NCBI GenBank assembly: GCA_041615815.1
Contig: JBFJCP010000002.1
Coordinates: 160,001 to 224,000, forward strand
Length of the DNA stretch: 64,000 nt
Origin: Gemmatimonadales bacterium
GTDB lineage: Bacteria > Gemmatimonadota > Gemmatimonadetes > Gemmatimonadales > GWC2-71-9
Reading direction: 5' to 3'
Part shown: one piece after another, positions 1 through 10,145 of the stretch
How the letters are laid out: the number at the start of each line of letters is the position of its first letter
How positions within the stretch are numbered: position 1 is the stretch's first letter
Notes under the pieces: model-generated
Told to the model about the DNA's origin: nothing
What the model saw: only the letters and a program-made list of their open reading frames with translations
Databases searched by the model: none
Translations under genes and position numbers: made by a program

Positions 1-126
1 GTGCAGACTCGCAATCAGAAAATGGTCCTCGTTCTCTTCCCGGCGCTTGCCGGCGTCCGTGAGGCCAAAGACGTCGATATCGGCCGCGGCGGGCCAGGAA
101 CGGCGAGGTGGAGTCGAGGAAGACAT
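1..126 (-). CDS. PP2C-family Ser/Thr protein phosphatase, N-terminal part (runs off window edge)
   Basis: Manual translation from ATG at 126: MSSSTPPRRSWPAAADIDVFGLTDAGKRREENEDHFLIASLH. TDxGxxRxxNED is the PP2C motif 1. Not in the ORF track because it is truncated. Confidence 0.8.
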   Translation of the reverse strand, partial: MSSSTPPRRSWPAAADIDVFGLTDAGKRREENEDHFLIASLH

Positions 127-259
127 CAGCAAGGATGAGGGCTCATGAGTTTGTAAGATGAAGGACCAGGACGGAACCGGCCAGGTCCTTTCCGAGGGCC
201 TGCTCTTGCTCATGCGTACGACCCGCGCGAGCTTGGATGGTCTTTTGACCAAATACCGA

Positions 260-1072
260 ATGATTGCCAACTTCGCGGATCTCTCACCAACCCTCCAGGC
301 GCTCGTGGCCACTCTCTTCACCTGGGGAGTCACGGCGCTCGGAGCCGCGACCGTCTTCTTCACACGGCGCATCGACGCTCGCATCCTCGCCTCCATGAAT
401 GGATTCGCGGCGGGGGTGATGCTCGCGGCCAGCTACTGGTCGCTCCTGGCACCGGCCATCGAGATGTCCGCGGCGGGAGGGCTCCCCATCTGGGCACCGC
501 CGGCGGCCGGCTTGCTCCTCGGGGCCGGCTTCTTGGCCCTGACCGACCGTGTGCTTCCTCACCTGCATCCCGACCTGCCGCCCAGTGCCGCCGAGGGACC
601 AAGCACGGGGTGGCAGCGGAGCGTGCTGCTCGTCTCCGCCATCACCCTCCACAACATCCCCGAGGGCCTCGCGATCGGGGTGGCCTTTGGGGCCGTCGCC
701 GCCGGACTCCCTGCCGCAACGCTCAGCGCCGCCGTGGCACTGGCCATCGGCATTGGACTGCAAAACTTCCCCGAAGGGGCCGCCATCTCGCTTCCGCTCC
801 GGGCGGACGGCCTCTCCCGACGACGAAGCTTCTGGTGGGGACAGCTTTCCGCGGCCGTCGAGCCCGTGGCCGCCGTCCTCGGAGCCGCAGCCGTGCTGAC
901 GTTCCGGCCTCTCCTACCATACGCGCTCGCGTTCGCCGCCGGCGCCATGATCTTCGTCGTCATCGAAGAACTGATTCCTGCGTCCCAGCGTGCTGGCAAT
1001 ACCGATCTGGCAACGGCGAGCACCTTGTTCGGCTTCACCGTCATGATGGTGCTAGACGTCGCACTCGGCTGA
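260..1072 (+). CDS. ZIP-family divalent metal transporter (GufA/ZupT-like)
   Basis: Motifs [45 protein letters not shown]; multiple TM segments. Start placed at internal ATG 260. Confidence 0.92.
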   Translation: MIANFADLSPTLQALVATLFTWGVTALGAATVFFTRRIDARILASMNGFAAGVMLAASYWSLLAPAIEMSAAGGLPIWAPPAAGLLLGAGFLALTDRVLPHLHPDLPPSAAEGPSTGWQRSVLLVSAITLHNIPEGLAIGVAFGAVAAGLPAATLSAAVALAIGIGLQNFPEGAAISLPLRADGLSRRRSFWWGQLSAAVEPVAAVLGAAAVLTFRPLLPYALAFAAGAMIFVVIEELIPASQRAGNTDLATASTLFGFTVMMVLDVALG

Positions 1073-1236
1073 ACTGGACTCACCGCTGGTCCACACCACC
1101 ACTCCGCCGTCTCCACGACTTCGGTCGTGCGTGTTTCATCCGTAATTCACCCTCATATCACGCATGCTAACGCGTCTTTCTAGGAGTTCGCCCACGACGG
1201 CGTTCGCGTCCTCAGGAACGTTCACGAGGGGGCCCT

Positions 1237-1635
1237 ATGCGCCTAGACCATCGGTTCACCGCCATGCTGTTCGTCGGGGCTCTCGTCATCACTCCGGCGA
1301 TCTCGCTACCCGCCCAACAGGGAGAACGACAGCTGCCCAGGATAACGGACGGGCTCATCTACGAGGGCAAGCTGGTATTCCTGGGTACGCCGAGTTGCGT
1401 CACCTGCCACGGCTTGAACGGACGTGGGACCGAGCGAGCGCCCAGGCTCTCAGACAAGAAATGGCTGCACGGAGATGGGAGCTACGCTGCCATCATCGAG
1501 CTGGTAACCCACGGAGTGCCCGAGGACGAAGCCGTCACCGGGCAAGAAATGCCGTTTCGCGGATGGCGAAACAGTGCCACGGACCGCGAGATCCTCGCGG
1601 TGGCCGCATATGTGTGGTCGCTGAGTCACCAATGA
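1237..1635 (+). CDS. Exported mono-heme c-type cytochrome
   Basis: Signal peptide, CVTCH heme motif, GxGxxxAPRL and downstream MP (axial Met); GAGGGG upstream of ATG. Confidence 0.88.
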   Translation: MRLDHRFTAMLFVGALVITPAISLPAQQGERQLPRITDGLIYEGKLVFLGTPSCVTCHGLNGRGTERAPRLSDKKWLHGDGSYAAIIELVTHGVPEDEAVTGQEMPFRGWRNSATDREILAVAAYVWSLSHQ

Positions 1636-1757
1636 GGTCGGGGCAGCGGAGGAACCTACGGAGGGTGAGCGTCTGGCCAGGCAAGCCCCACGGAGATGGC
1701 GGCCCGGATTGGCCGGCTCATCTAGCAGGGTCCGGTCCCAACCTCTATCGTTTGCAC

Positions 1758-2186
1758 ATGAATGATCTCGACGGCTCGTTTCGGCGGTTCTTAGAAGACC
1801 TACGATCCGGGACCGAGCGACGCGCCTGGGACGATCGGCGCTCAGACGAGCGCCGTGGGATGCCCACACCGGTGGAACACGATCGCCGAACGCCTGATGA
1901 CCGGCGTGGTGAAGATCGACGGGGCAACGACGATCGCCGGAGCGGAGAGTACTACGCGTTCACCGAGCGGGAGCGGCTGGAGGTCGAGGCCATGTTTGGC
2001 GACCCCGAGGCCCTCGTGGCCTGTCCCCGATGCGGCGGACAGTTGTTGCTCTCCGTACCGGACATCGGAGCGGGAACAGACGTGACATGTCTGGGGTGCC
2101 GCGGCCGGATGCATTGGGTCACGAGCGGTGGGAGCGGGGAACAGGGAGCGGGGGGTGGGGAGCAGCCCAGCGGCTCGACACGCTGA
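1758..2186 (+). CDS. Hypothetical protein with (D/E)RR repeats and C-terminal Zn-ribbon
   Basis: From ATG 1758: repeated ERR/DRR units, then CPRC...CLGC. Confidence 0.6.
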   Translation: MNDLDGSFRRFLEDLRSGTERRAWDDRRSDERRGMPTPVEHDRRTPDDRRGEDRRGNDDRRSGEYYAFTERERLEVEAMFGDPEALVACPRCGGQLLLSVPDIGAGTDVTCLGCRGRMHWVTSGGSGEQGAGGGEQPSGSTR

Positions 2187-2417
2187 GGGGCTTGGAGGAG
2201 CAGACCAGCGTTCGGATGGGCTGAGCCACGAGGAGAGCCCCACCTTCCAGACGCTTGGTTCCGAGCGCCTCGTGTATCCGCCCACTTCCGCTTCCAACCA
2301 CGACCGCCCTGCGGAAAGCCGTGGCGCCGACCACCGCCGCGTGTCGCCGTCGTGCTCCCCTCCAATGATTCCGGTGATCTCTCTCCGGAACATCCACTCA
2401 TCACAGCGCACCGTTCA

Positions 2418-3056
2418 GTGATCCGGCCAGCCTTCGACGCCATTGATCACCTCGTGTATGCGACGCCGGATCTCCAATCAACCGTGGCGGACCTCGAGCG
2501 CCGTCTGGGCGTTGGGGCCACCGTCGGGGGTCGGCATCCGCAGTGGGGTACGCACAACGCCATCCTCTCGCTCGGATCGGGGACCTATCTGGAGATTCTC
2601 GCTCCGGATCCGGGGCGATCCGCAACAATCGTTCCGACCATCTTTGGTATCGATGCGCTGGCCGCACCGCGCTTGGTGGCTTGGGCGGCGAAGGCCCAGA
2701 ACCTGGAGGCCCGCGTTGCGGCGGCGGCCCGCCGAGGCGTCCTCCTTGGTGCGATTTCGGAGGCGAGCCGGCAGAAGCCCGATGGCTCGGTGCTCTCTTG
2801 GCGTTTGACCGATCCTACCGTCACGCTCGGCGACGGCTTGGTGCCGTTTCTGATCGACTGGGCGGATTCCCCACATCCAGCCACGTCCGCGCCGCGCGCT
2901 GGAGGGCTGCTCGACCTGCGAGCCGAGCATCCCGATCCCGATCGTGTCCGCTCCATGCTGGAGGCCGTCGGGTTCCTTTTGTCCATCACGCCGAGTCCAG
3001 CACCCGCGCTCATGGCCCAAATCGAGACGCCGGCCGGCGCAGTGGAGCTTCGCTAG
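2418..3056 (+). CDS. VOC/glyoxalase-like domain protein (Glyoxalase_3 type)
   Basis: IDHLVYA...GGRHPQWGTHNAIL...YLEILAPDP...PFLIDW; GTG start estimated. Confidence 0.85.
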   Translation: MIRPAFDAIDHLVYATPDLQSTVADLERRLGVGATVGGRHPQWGTHNAILSLGSGTYLEILAPDPGRSATIVPTIFGIDALAAPRLVAWAAKAQNLEARVAAAARRGVLLGAISEASRQKPDGSVLSWRLTDPTVTLGDGLVPFLIDWADSPHPATSAPRAGGLLDLRAEHPDPDRVRSMLEAVGFLLSITPSPAPALMAQIETPAGAVELR

Positions 3057-3114
3057 TGGTGGTGGGATTCAAGATGCGGCGGACCCGATGCTTGTCCGTC
3101 GGGTCAGAGTTCCA

Positions 3115-4365
3115 TCAGGGCGCCACCACGCACATGAGCTGCCCACACAGCCACGCCCCATAGGTGCCAAGCGCGTAGCCCAGGACCGCCAAGAGCACCC
3201 CGACAGGCGCGAGGGTGGGATGAAACGCCGATGCCACGATGGGCGCGGATGCCGCTCCGCCCACATTGGCCTGACTGCCCACCGCTAGGTAGAACACTGG
3301 CGCCTTGATCAATCGGCCCACGACAATCAGCAAGACGGCGTGAAAGCCTATCCAGATTCCGCCAACCGCGAACAACCCCGGCCGCTCCACCACCGCCGTG
3401 ATATCCATATTCATCCCAATGGTGGCGACCAGGAAGTAGAGCATCGCCGAGCCTACGTTGGACGCACCGGCCCCTTCCAACTCTCGCACCCTGGTAAACG
3501 ACAACAGCAATCCGCCCGTGGTGGCAAAGACCACCAGCCAAAAGAATTGACTCGTTAGGCTCAAGCGTTCGAGCTGAGGAAGGCTCTGTTCGATCCATTG
3601 CGAGAGGGGGGTCGCCAACACGTGCGAGAGCCCCATGACGCCGAACCCCACACCAGCGATCATCATCAAGTCACTGAGGCTCGCGATCCTCGCGAACTTC
3701 TCCTGAAATTCGGTGACGCGGTGCCGCAGGTCCTCGAGCGCCGACGTATCCGCTCCGATTCGGGCATCGATCACCTTGGACTCGCCCGCGGCGTAGAGCA
3801 GGATGGCCAGCCACACGTTGGCCCCGAGCACGTCCACGGCCACCATTGTGGAAAACACGTCGTCTCCCACTTCAAAGACCTCTTTCATGGCCACTTGATT
3901 GGCTCCACCCCCGATCCAGCTCCCGGCCACTGTCGTGAGACCTCGCCACACCGCCGCCGGCCCCTCACCACCCACCGTGGATGGACTGATGATGGAGAAG
4001 ATCATGATCGCCAGCGGTCCGCCGAGAATGATCCCGATGGTACCGGTGCCGAACATGATCAACGCCTTCGGGCCCAAGCGGAGGATCCCCTGCATGTCGA
4101 TACTGAGGGTCAGGAGCACGAGCGTTGCCGGCAGGAGATACCGGGACGCCACAAAGTACAGTCGCGACTGCTGGGCATCGATGATGCCAAACGTGTTGTA
4201 GAGCGATGGAACGAAGTAACACAGCAGGAGTGCCGGAACGTACTTATAGAATTTTTGAAGGGCTGGATGCGCGCTCTTGGCGGTGTAGAAGATCAGCCCC
4301 AAGGTGAGCGCGAGAAGCCCGAGGATTGCCGCATCGTTGGTTATCAACGCGCCGGATTGCACCAC
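3115..4365 (-). CDS. DUF819-family membrane protein
   Basis: Many TM segments; GSWIGGGANQ and GSQANVGGAASAP motifs; AGGGAG RBS before GTG. Confidence 0.85.
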   Translation of the reverse strand: MVQSGALITNDAAILGLLALTLGLIFYTAKSAHPALQKFYKYVPALLLCYFVPSLYNTFGIIDAQQSRLYFVASRYLLPATLVLLTLSIDMQGILRLGPKALIMFGTGTIGIILGGPLAIMIFSIISPSTVGGEGPAAVWRGLTTVAGSWIGGGANQVAMKEVFEVGDDVFSTMVAVDVLGANVWLAILLYAAGESKVIDARIGADTSALEDLRHRVTEFQEKFARIASLSDLMMIAGVGFGVMGLSHVLATPLSQWIEQSLPQLERLSLTSQFFWLVVFATTGGLLLSFTRVRELEGAGASNVGSAMLYFLVATIGMNMDITAVVERPGLFAVGGIWIGFHAVLLIVVGRLIKAPVFYLAVGSQANVGGAASAPIVASAFHPTLAPVGVLLAVLGYALGTYGAWLCGQLMCVVAP

Positions 4366-4393
4366 GATTGCTCCCTAACTACCGGAAGATGTG

Positions 4394-5470
4394 TCAAGGC
4401 GACGAATCGCCGTCAACCCACTCCGCGTCGTCCGGGACGGCCAACACGACCTTTCCCAGGTTCCGCCGCTGATGGATGTACGTGTGGGCGGCGACCGCTC
4501 CGTCGCGATCGAGCATAAAGGTACGATCGATGATAGGTCTCAGCTCACCAGCCGTAACCCCACGAAAGATCTCTTCGAGCGCTGGCCGGAGCAGCTGCTC
4601 CTTTGATCCCAGGTGAAGAAGATGGACGCCGAACACACCGATGTTGGGCTCGATGAGCGAGATCGGATGGAAGCGCGGCGTGCGCAACCACGCGCGAGCC
4701 GCGTTCAGCCATTGCCGCTTGCCTTTGGGCATGGCGTCGCTCAGACCGTAGAAAACGAGCCGTCCCAAGGGCGCCAACAGGCGCCGGCACGCCGCCGTCG
4801 CTTGCCCTCCTACGGGATCTAGCGCAACGTCGATCCCTCGGGCGCCCACGAGCTCGCGAACCGGTGTCTCCCACGAGCCTCGTGAATCGAAGCATTGCCG
4901 CGCGCTCAGCTCGTCGATCACGAAAGCCCGCTTGGCCTCGGTCCCAGCCGTCCCGATCACCTGGAGTCCCCGACGGACGGCAAGCTGGACCGCGGCGGTC
5001 CCCACGCCCCCAGCCGCGCCCAAGATCAGTGCCGTCTCGCCACGCCGCGCGTTTCCCGCCTCGAACAGACAAACCCACGCCGTGAGAAAAGCCACTGGGA
5101 TCGCGGCCCCCTGGACGGCGGTCAGGAACTCAGGATACCGGAAGCAGTGCGCTGCCGGAACCACGACGTCCCGGGCGTAGCCGCCGTGACGCATCAGCAC
5201 CACGGCTCGATCTCCATCGTGCCACTCGTGCACCCGCGGTCCCAGCCGAGCGATCTCACCCGCCACCTCGAAGCCAGGACTGTACGGACGCGGCGGCACG
5301 GTCCCGTAGAGCCCTGCCCGCATCATGAGATCGGCGAAGTTGAGCCCGGCCGCCCGCACGCGGATGTGCACCTCTCCTGGACCGGGATCGCGCAGGGGCA
5401 CTTCGCGTTCCACGAGTACGGCCGGTGGACCGAGGCGCTCGATGAGGACGGCGCGCGTCGTGAGGCTCAT
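4394..5470 (-). CDS. MDR-superfamily NADPH:quinone oxidoreductase-like protein (VAT-1-like)
   Basis: AAGLNFAD, PGFEVAG, GAAGGVGTAAVQL, C-terminal GKVVL. Confidence 0.88.
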   Translation of the reverse strand: MSLTTRAVLIERLGPPAVLVEREVPLRDPGPGEVHIRVRAAGLNFADLMMRAGLYGTVPPRPYSPGFEVAGEIARLGPRVHEWHDGDRAVVLMRHGGYARDVVVPAAHCFRYPEFLTAVQGAAIPVAFLTAWVCLFEAGNARRGETALILGAAGGVGTAAVQLAVRRGLQVIGTAGTEAKRAFVIDELSARQCFDSRGSWETPVRELVGARGIDVALDPVGGQATAACRRLLAPLGRLVFYGLSDAMPKGKRQWLNAARAWLRTPRFHPISLIEPNIGVFGVHLLHLGSKEQLLRPALEEIFRGVTAGELRPIIDRTFMLDRDGAVAAHTYIHQRRNLGKVVLAVPDDAEWVDGDSSP

Positions 5471-5482
5471 GGGTTCCTTCGT

Positions 5483-6490
5483 TCAGGCGACAGCGCAGAA
5501 GTCCTCGGGTTCACGAAACCCGTGGCTGTGGAGCGTGGCGCGGATCTCGGTTCGCGCTGGAGAGCCGGCCACACCGGCCAGCACATACGCTCCCCGAAAG
5601 CTGGCGATGTCCCCGGGGGGAATCACGGGAACGTCGTGGATGGTCTGACCGATCTTCCGCGGGTCGAGATCCACGAACGCAGCGAGCTCGTGTCCCTGCC
5701 CTTTGAGCTCTCGTGCAAACGCCTTCCCCACCGGACCAGCACCCCACATCACGACTGCCCGTCCATCGATTCTCCGTCCGAGGAAATGGACTTTGCACCG
5801 CCGGAAGGCGGTGGTGCTATACCTGGGGTGCGTACGCGAGAGACGATCGGCGCGTTCCCTCCAGTCGAGAAGCACTTCCGGCACGTTGCCAAACCGATGG
5901 CCAGCAGACCAGAGTCTCAGGAGAAGATCGTAATCCTCCGGCCACCCTAGGTCCCGGTATCCTCCCACCGCCTCAAATGCGTGTCGCCGCACGACAAGAC
6001 TCGGATGTGGGATGGGACACTCGACAAAGAGATCACGTTCGATCTGCTCGGGGGTGGAAAGAGCGTTGATCCAACGCTCATACCGCCGCGCACCGGCCCG
6101 CACCAGTCGGCGGGGAAAGTACCGCACGCGGGTGCCACACGCGACCAGACGAGGATGGGCATCGAGAAACGCGACCTGCCGCTCGAAACGCTGGGGAGGG
6201 ATCAGGTCATCTGCATCCATTCTGGCGAGCAGCCGACCCCGCGCGTGCTTGGCGCCGGCGTCGAGGGCCGCCACGATGCCGTGTGGGTGGGAACGCAGAA
6301 CTCGAAACCGAGCGTCGCGCTCACTCCAGTGGTGCAGGATCGACGGTGTTTCGTCCGTAGATCCGTCATCCACGACGATCACCTCCATGGCCTCAAACGT
6401 CTGAACGGACAACGACTCGAGCGCATCGTGGAGAGTTGCGGCGGCATCTCGACACGGGAGGACAACGGATACGATCGGCGTGCAGATCAA
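5483..6490 (-). CDS. Family 2 glycosyltransferase with C-terminal Rossmann-like domain
   Basis: VSVVLP...VVDDGSTD...RMDADD...EDYDLLLR; C-terminal WGAGPVGK. Start uncertain. Confidence 0.88.
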   Translation of the reverse strand: MICTPIVSVVLPCRDAAATLHDALESLSVQTFEAMEVIVVDDGSTDETPSILHHWSERDARFRVLRSHPHGIVAALDAGAKHARGRLLARMDADDLIPPQRFERQVAFLDAHPRLVACGTRVRYFPRRLVRAGARRYERWINALSTPEQIERDLFVECPIPHPSLVVRRHAFEAVGGYRDLGWPEDYDLLLRLWSAGHRFGNVPEVLLDWRERADRLSRTHPRYSTTAFRRCKVHFLGRRIDGRAVVMWGAGPVGKAFARELKGQGHELAAFVDLDPRKIGQTIHDVPVIPPGDIASFRGAYVLAGVAGSPARTEIRATLHSHGFREPEDFCAVA

Positions 6491-6661
6491 CAGGGCTCGT
6501 GGGGCGTGAGTTCACGGTTTCGAAACGCAACGTGCGCGTCCGGTTGCCCGATGGCAAGAGGAGATCGGCAACCTCGCCGAGGATCTTCATGTGCCGTATC
6601 TTAGGGCTCGATGACCATCTGATGCGTATCGATCACCACTATGTCCGAAAGGATCTCGCGG

Positions 6662-9145
6662 ATGTCGCGTTTTGGGAACGGAATCTGGTTGTTATGTGCG
6701 GGAGGAGGACTGCTGGGCTGCGGTGGGCAACAAGCATCGGTGGCACCGGAACCGGCGCAAGCCCGAGCCGAGATGGGGCCGTTCAAGCCATATACCCGGG
6801 TCATCACGGGGAGTGCGGTCACGGATCGCGGGCTCTTTTCGGTGCACCGCGTAAACGGCAAAGTGTACTTCGAGCTGCCGGACAGTCTCCTGGGTCGGGA
6901 CATGCTGTTGATCAGCCGCGTGGCGGGCTCACCCAGCAACCTCAGTCCGTTCATCAATGCCGGGAGCAAGGTGGCCGAGCAGGTGGTGCGGTGGGAGCGA
7001 ATCGACGAACGAATCCTCTTGAAGACTGTCTCGTATCAGGCGGATGCGAGCGATACGTTGCCCGTCTACCAGTCGGTGCGCCAGAACAACTTCGCTCCCA
7101 TCATCGCATCCTTCGCGATCGAGACGTTCAACGCAGCCGATGGTGCGCCTGTCATCGCGGTCAACGACCTCTATGAGAAGGATATCCCGGCCATTAGTGG
7201 CCTCTCACGAGCGAACCGCGAGCGGTTCAAGGTCCGAAGTCTCGACGATCAGCGAACGTTCATCAATTACGCGCGATCGTTTCCGTTGAATGTCGATGTG
7301 CGGCATACGACAACCTTCCAAGCCACCGAGCCACCGTCCAACGAGCACACCGGCACTATCTCGCTCGAGATGCATCAATCGATGGTGCTACTTCCCGTTG
7401 TCCCGATGCGAAGACGATACGCCGATCCGCGTGTTGGCTGGATCTCGCTCGAGCAGATCGATTTTGGCCTGGACGTCCAGAAAGCCGCGACGCGGCGGTA
7501 CATCCAGCGCTGGCGTCTCGAGCCTACGGACCCTGCTGCATACGCTCGTGGCGAACTCGTGGAGCCGGTGAAGCCGATCGTCTATTACCTGGATCCGGCC
7601 ACCCCGGCCCGCTGGCGTCCCTACGTCCGCCGGGGAATCGAAGACTGGCAGGTGGCGTTTGAGGCGGCGGGCTTCAAGAACGCGATCGTGGCACGTGACG
7701 CTCCCACGCCTGAGGAGGATCCCGAGTTCAATCCCGAGGACGTTCGGTATTCCACGGTCCGCTGGGTTGCGAGCTTGACCCGGAATGCGCTCGGGCCACG
7801 CGTGGCCGATCCACGGTCCGGGGAGATCCTCGAAAGCGACATCATCTGGTATCACAACCACATGCGGTCCTACCGCAACCGGCTGATGATCGAAACAGGC
7901 GCCGCGAACCCCGAAGCCCGCTCCCTCACACTTCCCGACGCATTACTGGGGGAGGCGATGCGCGCGGTAATTGCTCACGAGGTGGGGCACTCCTTGGGAC
8001 TGCCGCACAACATGATCGCGAGCTCTGCCTACCCCGTGGACTCGCTCCGGTCGCCGAGTTTCACACAGGCCATGGGCGTGGCGCCGACGATCATGGACTA
8101 CGCTCGACAGAACTACATCGCGCAGCCCGGAGACGGGGACATTCGGTTCATACGGAAGATCGGTCCGTACGATCGGTACGCGATCAATTGGGGATACCGC
8201 GTCCTTCCCGAGGCACGTACTCCGGAAGACGAGAAAGCCACACTGGATCGCTGGATCCTGGAGCATGCAGGCGATCCGATCTATCGCTACGGGCGTCAGC
8301 GCGGCGGTCTCCTCGTCGATCCGCGAGCACAGACCGAGGATCTCGGCAACGATCCGGTCGAGGCTTCCACGTACGCCATCGCCAATCTCAAGCGTGTCCT
8401 ACCCAATCTCGTGGTCTGGACGTCCACGGATGGTGAGGACTATGGCGATCTCGACGAGCTGTATAGCGAGCTGTTGGGCCAGTGGAACCGCTACGTAGGA
8501 CATGTGCTCACCGTGGTGGGAGGAATTCACGAAACGCTCAAGACCACCGATCAGGATGGCCCCGTCTACGAGCCCGTGCCCGCCGCCAGACAACGAGAGG
8601 CCGTACAGTTTCTCGTTGCCGAGGTCTTCGAGACACCGGCATGGCTGAACGATGTGAGTCTCCTGCGGCGTATCGAGCACGCGGGTGCGGTGGACCGTAT
8701 CCGGAGCATGCAAGTGCGTCGGCTCGACCAGCTGCTGGATCCTGCCCGCATGCAACGCCTCATCGAGATGGAGACGTTTGACGACGGCGGGAGCTACTCG
8801 CTTCTCGAGTTTTTGGGCGACGTGAAGGACGGGGTCTGGCGGGAGCTCCGGCGCGCCGAGCCCATCGACACCTACCGGCGAAACCTGCAGCGGGGATATC
8901 TCGAGCGCATGGCCTTCCTGATGACGGAGGAAGTCACTACGCCAAGCAGTCCATTTCTGTGGCGTACGCCTGTGGATGTCAGCCAGTCCGACATCCGGGC
9001 ATTCGTGCGGGGTCAACTCACGGAACTACGGCAAGAGGTAGCCCGAGCGGCTGACCGGACATCCCATCGACCCACCCGGTATCACCTACGGGATGCCGTC
9101 GTGAGGATCGATCGGATTCTCGAAGGGGATGAAGGAAATCCGTAA
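6662..9145 (+). CDS. Secreted/lipoprotein zinc-dependent metalloprotease (DUF5117/DUF4953 type)
   Basis: Lipobox-like LLGC; metzincin HEVGHSLGLPH followed by IMDY Met-turn; DPRSGEI motif. Confidence 0.88.
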   Translation: MSRFGNGIWLLCAGGGLLGCGGQQASVAPEPAQARAEMGPFKPYTRVITGSAVTDRGLFSVHRVNGKVYFELPDSLLGRDMLLISRVAGSPSNLSPFINAGSKVAEQVVRWERIDERILLKTVSYQADASDTLPVYQSVRQNNFAPIIASFAIETFNAADGAPVIAVNDLYEKDIPAISGLSRANRERFKVRSLDDQRTFINYARSFPLNVDVRHTTTFQATEPPSNEHTGTISLEMHQSMVLLPVVPMRRRYADPRVGWISLEQIDFGLDVQKAATRRYIQRWRLEPTDPAAYARGELVEPVKPIVYYLDPATPARWRPYVRRGIEDWQVAFEAAGFKNAIVARDAPTPEEDPEFNPEDVRYSTVRWVASLTRNALGPRVADPRSGEILESDIIWYHNHMRSYRNRLMIETGAANPEARSLTLPDALLGEAMRAVIAHEVGHSLGLPHNMIASSAYPVDSLRSPSFTQAMGVAPTIMDYARQNYIAQPGDGDIRFIRKIGPYDRYAINWGYRVLPEARTPEDEKATLDRWILEHAGDPIYRYGRQRGGLLVDPRAQTEDLGNDPVEASTYAIANLKRVLPNLVVWTSTDGEDYGDLDELYSELLGQWNRYVGHVLTVVGGIHETLKTTDQDGPVYEPVPAARQREAVQFLVAEVFETPAWLNDVSLLRRIEHAGAVDRIRSMQVRRLDQLLDPARMQRLIEMETFDDGGSYSLLEFLGDVKDGVWRELRRAEPIDTYRRNLQRGYLERMAFLMTEEVTTPSSPFLWRTPVDVSQSDIRAFVRGQLTELRQEVARAADRTSHRPTRYHLRDAVVRIDRILEGDEGNP

Positions 9146-9213
9146 GAAGAGGTGGAAGTAGCAGGTCGCTCACGCCACCTTCCCGCCTGGGAAGTGGGAG
9201 CGGGGCTGGGGCG

Positions 9214-9606
9214 CTACTGTACCCTGATGAAGAATCCCGAAGTCTGAATGTTGGGCGGGATCCGGACCTCGACGAGATCACCCTGGGCAACGGTGACCTC
9301 CTGTGATCGGAAGACGCCCGGTCCGATGACGAGATCGATCTCGACGCTCAGGCCGCGTGGCTGCCAGGGAATCGCAAGGCCTTCCGTGGTCCGATTGCTC
9401 CCCACCGTCCCCAACGGGTAGCGCGCCCCGCCACGATAGAAGGCATGTACCCGCGCGTCGTACTGTGTTTCGTTGACGATCATGACGAACACACTGTCGG
9501 AGGCCAAGGGGAGGAGGTCTTCATCAGCAGCGGGACCAGCCGCACAAGCGCACAACAGACCGACCGCCGCTCCCAGTATCGGGATGCCTGTCAAGATCGG
9601 CCTCAT
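9214..9606 (-). CDS. Hypothetical lipoprotein
   Basis: Signal peptide ending in LCAC; ATG overlaps upstream stop (ATGA). Confidence 0.65.
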   Translation of the reverse strand: MRPILTGIPILGAAVGLLCACAAGPAADEDLLPLASDSVFVMIVNETQYDARVHAFYRGGARYPLGTVGSNRTTEGLAIPWQPRGLSVEIDLVIGPGVFRSQEVTVAQGDLVEVRIPPNIQTSGFFIRVQ

Positions 9607-10034
9607 GGACTCGCCTCCTGCAGCTCGAACACGATTTCCTGTGTCCCCGCGCTTTGTGAGTCGTCGTCTAGCTGAACGAGCACGCGCGCGGTATGCTGTC
9701 CCGTCCCGTACTGCGCGATGAGATCAGCCGCGTCGCCGATCTGCATCTCGATCAGCGATTCGACAACGCCCTCCCCCGACTCGCTCAAGTGCGGTTGGCC
9801 ATCGATGAACGCCGTGGCCGTAAACGGATGCGAGGGCACGAGCGTCATGGCGAACACAAAGGAGACCTGCTGCCCTGGCTCGGCTGGATTGGGCACGACT
9901 TCCAGGTCCCGAGCGGAGAACAGAAGCTCGGTACATCCACTCAGACCGGGGGCCATGAGGCCACTAGCGAGTAGCAGAGCCGGTAGGAAGCGGCGGATCC
10001 TGACAGGGCGGATGTGGTACATCGTGGTTTCCAT
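9603..10034 (-). CDS. Hypothetical lipoprotein
   Basis: Lipobox LSGC; GGAGG RBS upstream of ATG 10034. Confidence 0.65.
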   Translation of the reverse strand: METTMYHIRPVRIRRFLPALLLASGLMAPGLSGCTELLFSARDLEVVPNPAEPGQQVSFVFAMTLVPSHPFTATAFIDGQPHLSESGEGVVESLIEMQIGDAADLIAQYGTGQHTARVLVQLDDDSQSAGTQEIVFELQEASP

Positions 10035-10145
10035 GCGAGCCGGCCTCCCTCGTGGCCTGGACGGGTGCACTCATGAAGTTATGTTCTTCGACTGCGACGA
10101 GCCACCAATACGGACTGATCCGCTCCCACAGGTACCTGGCCCTTT

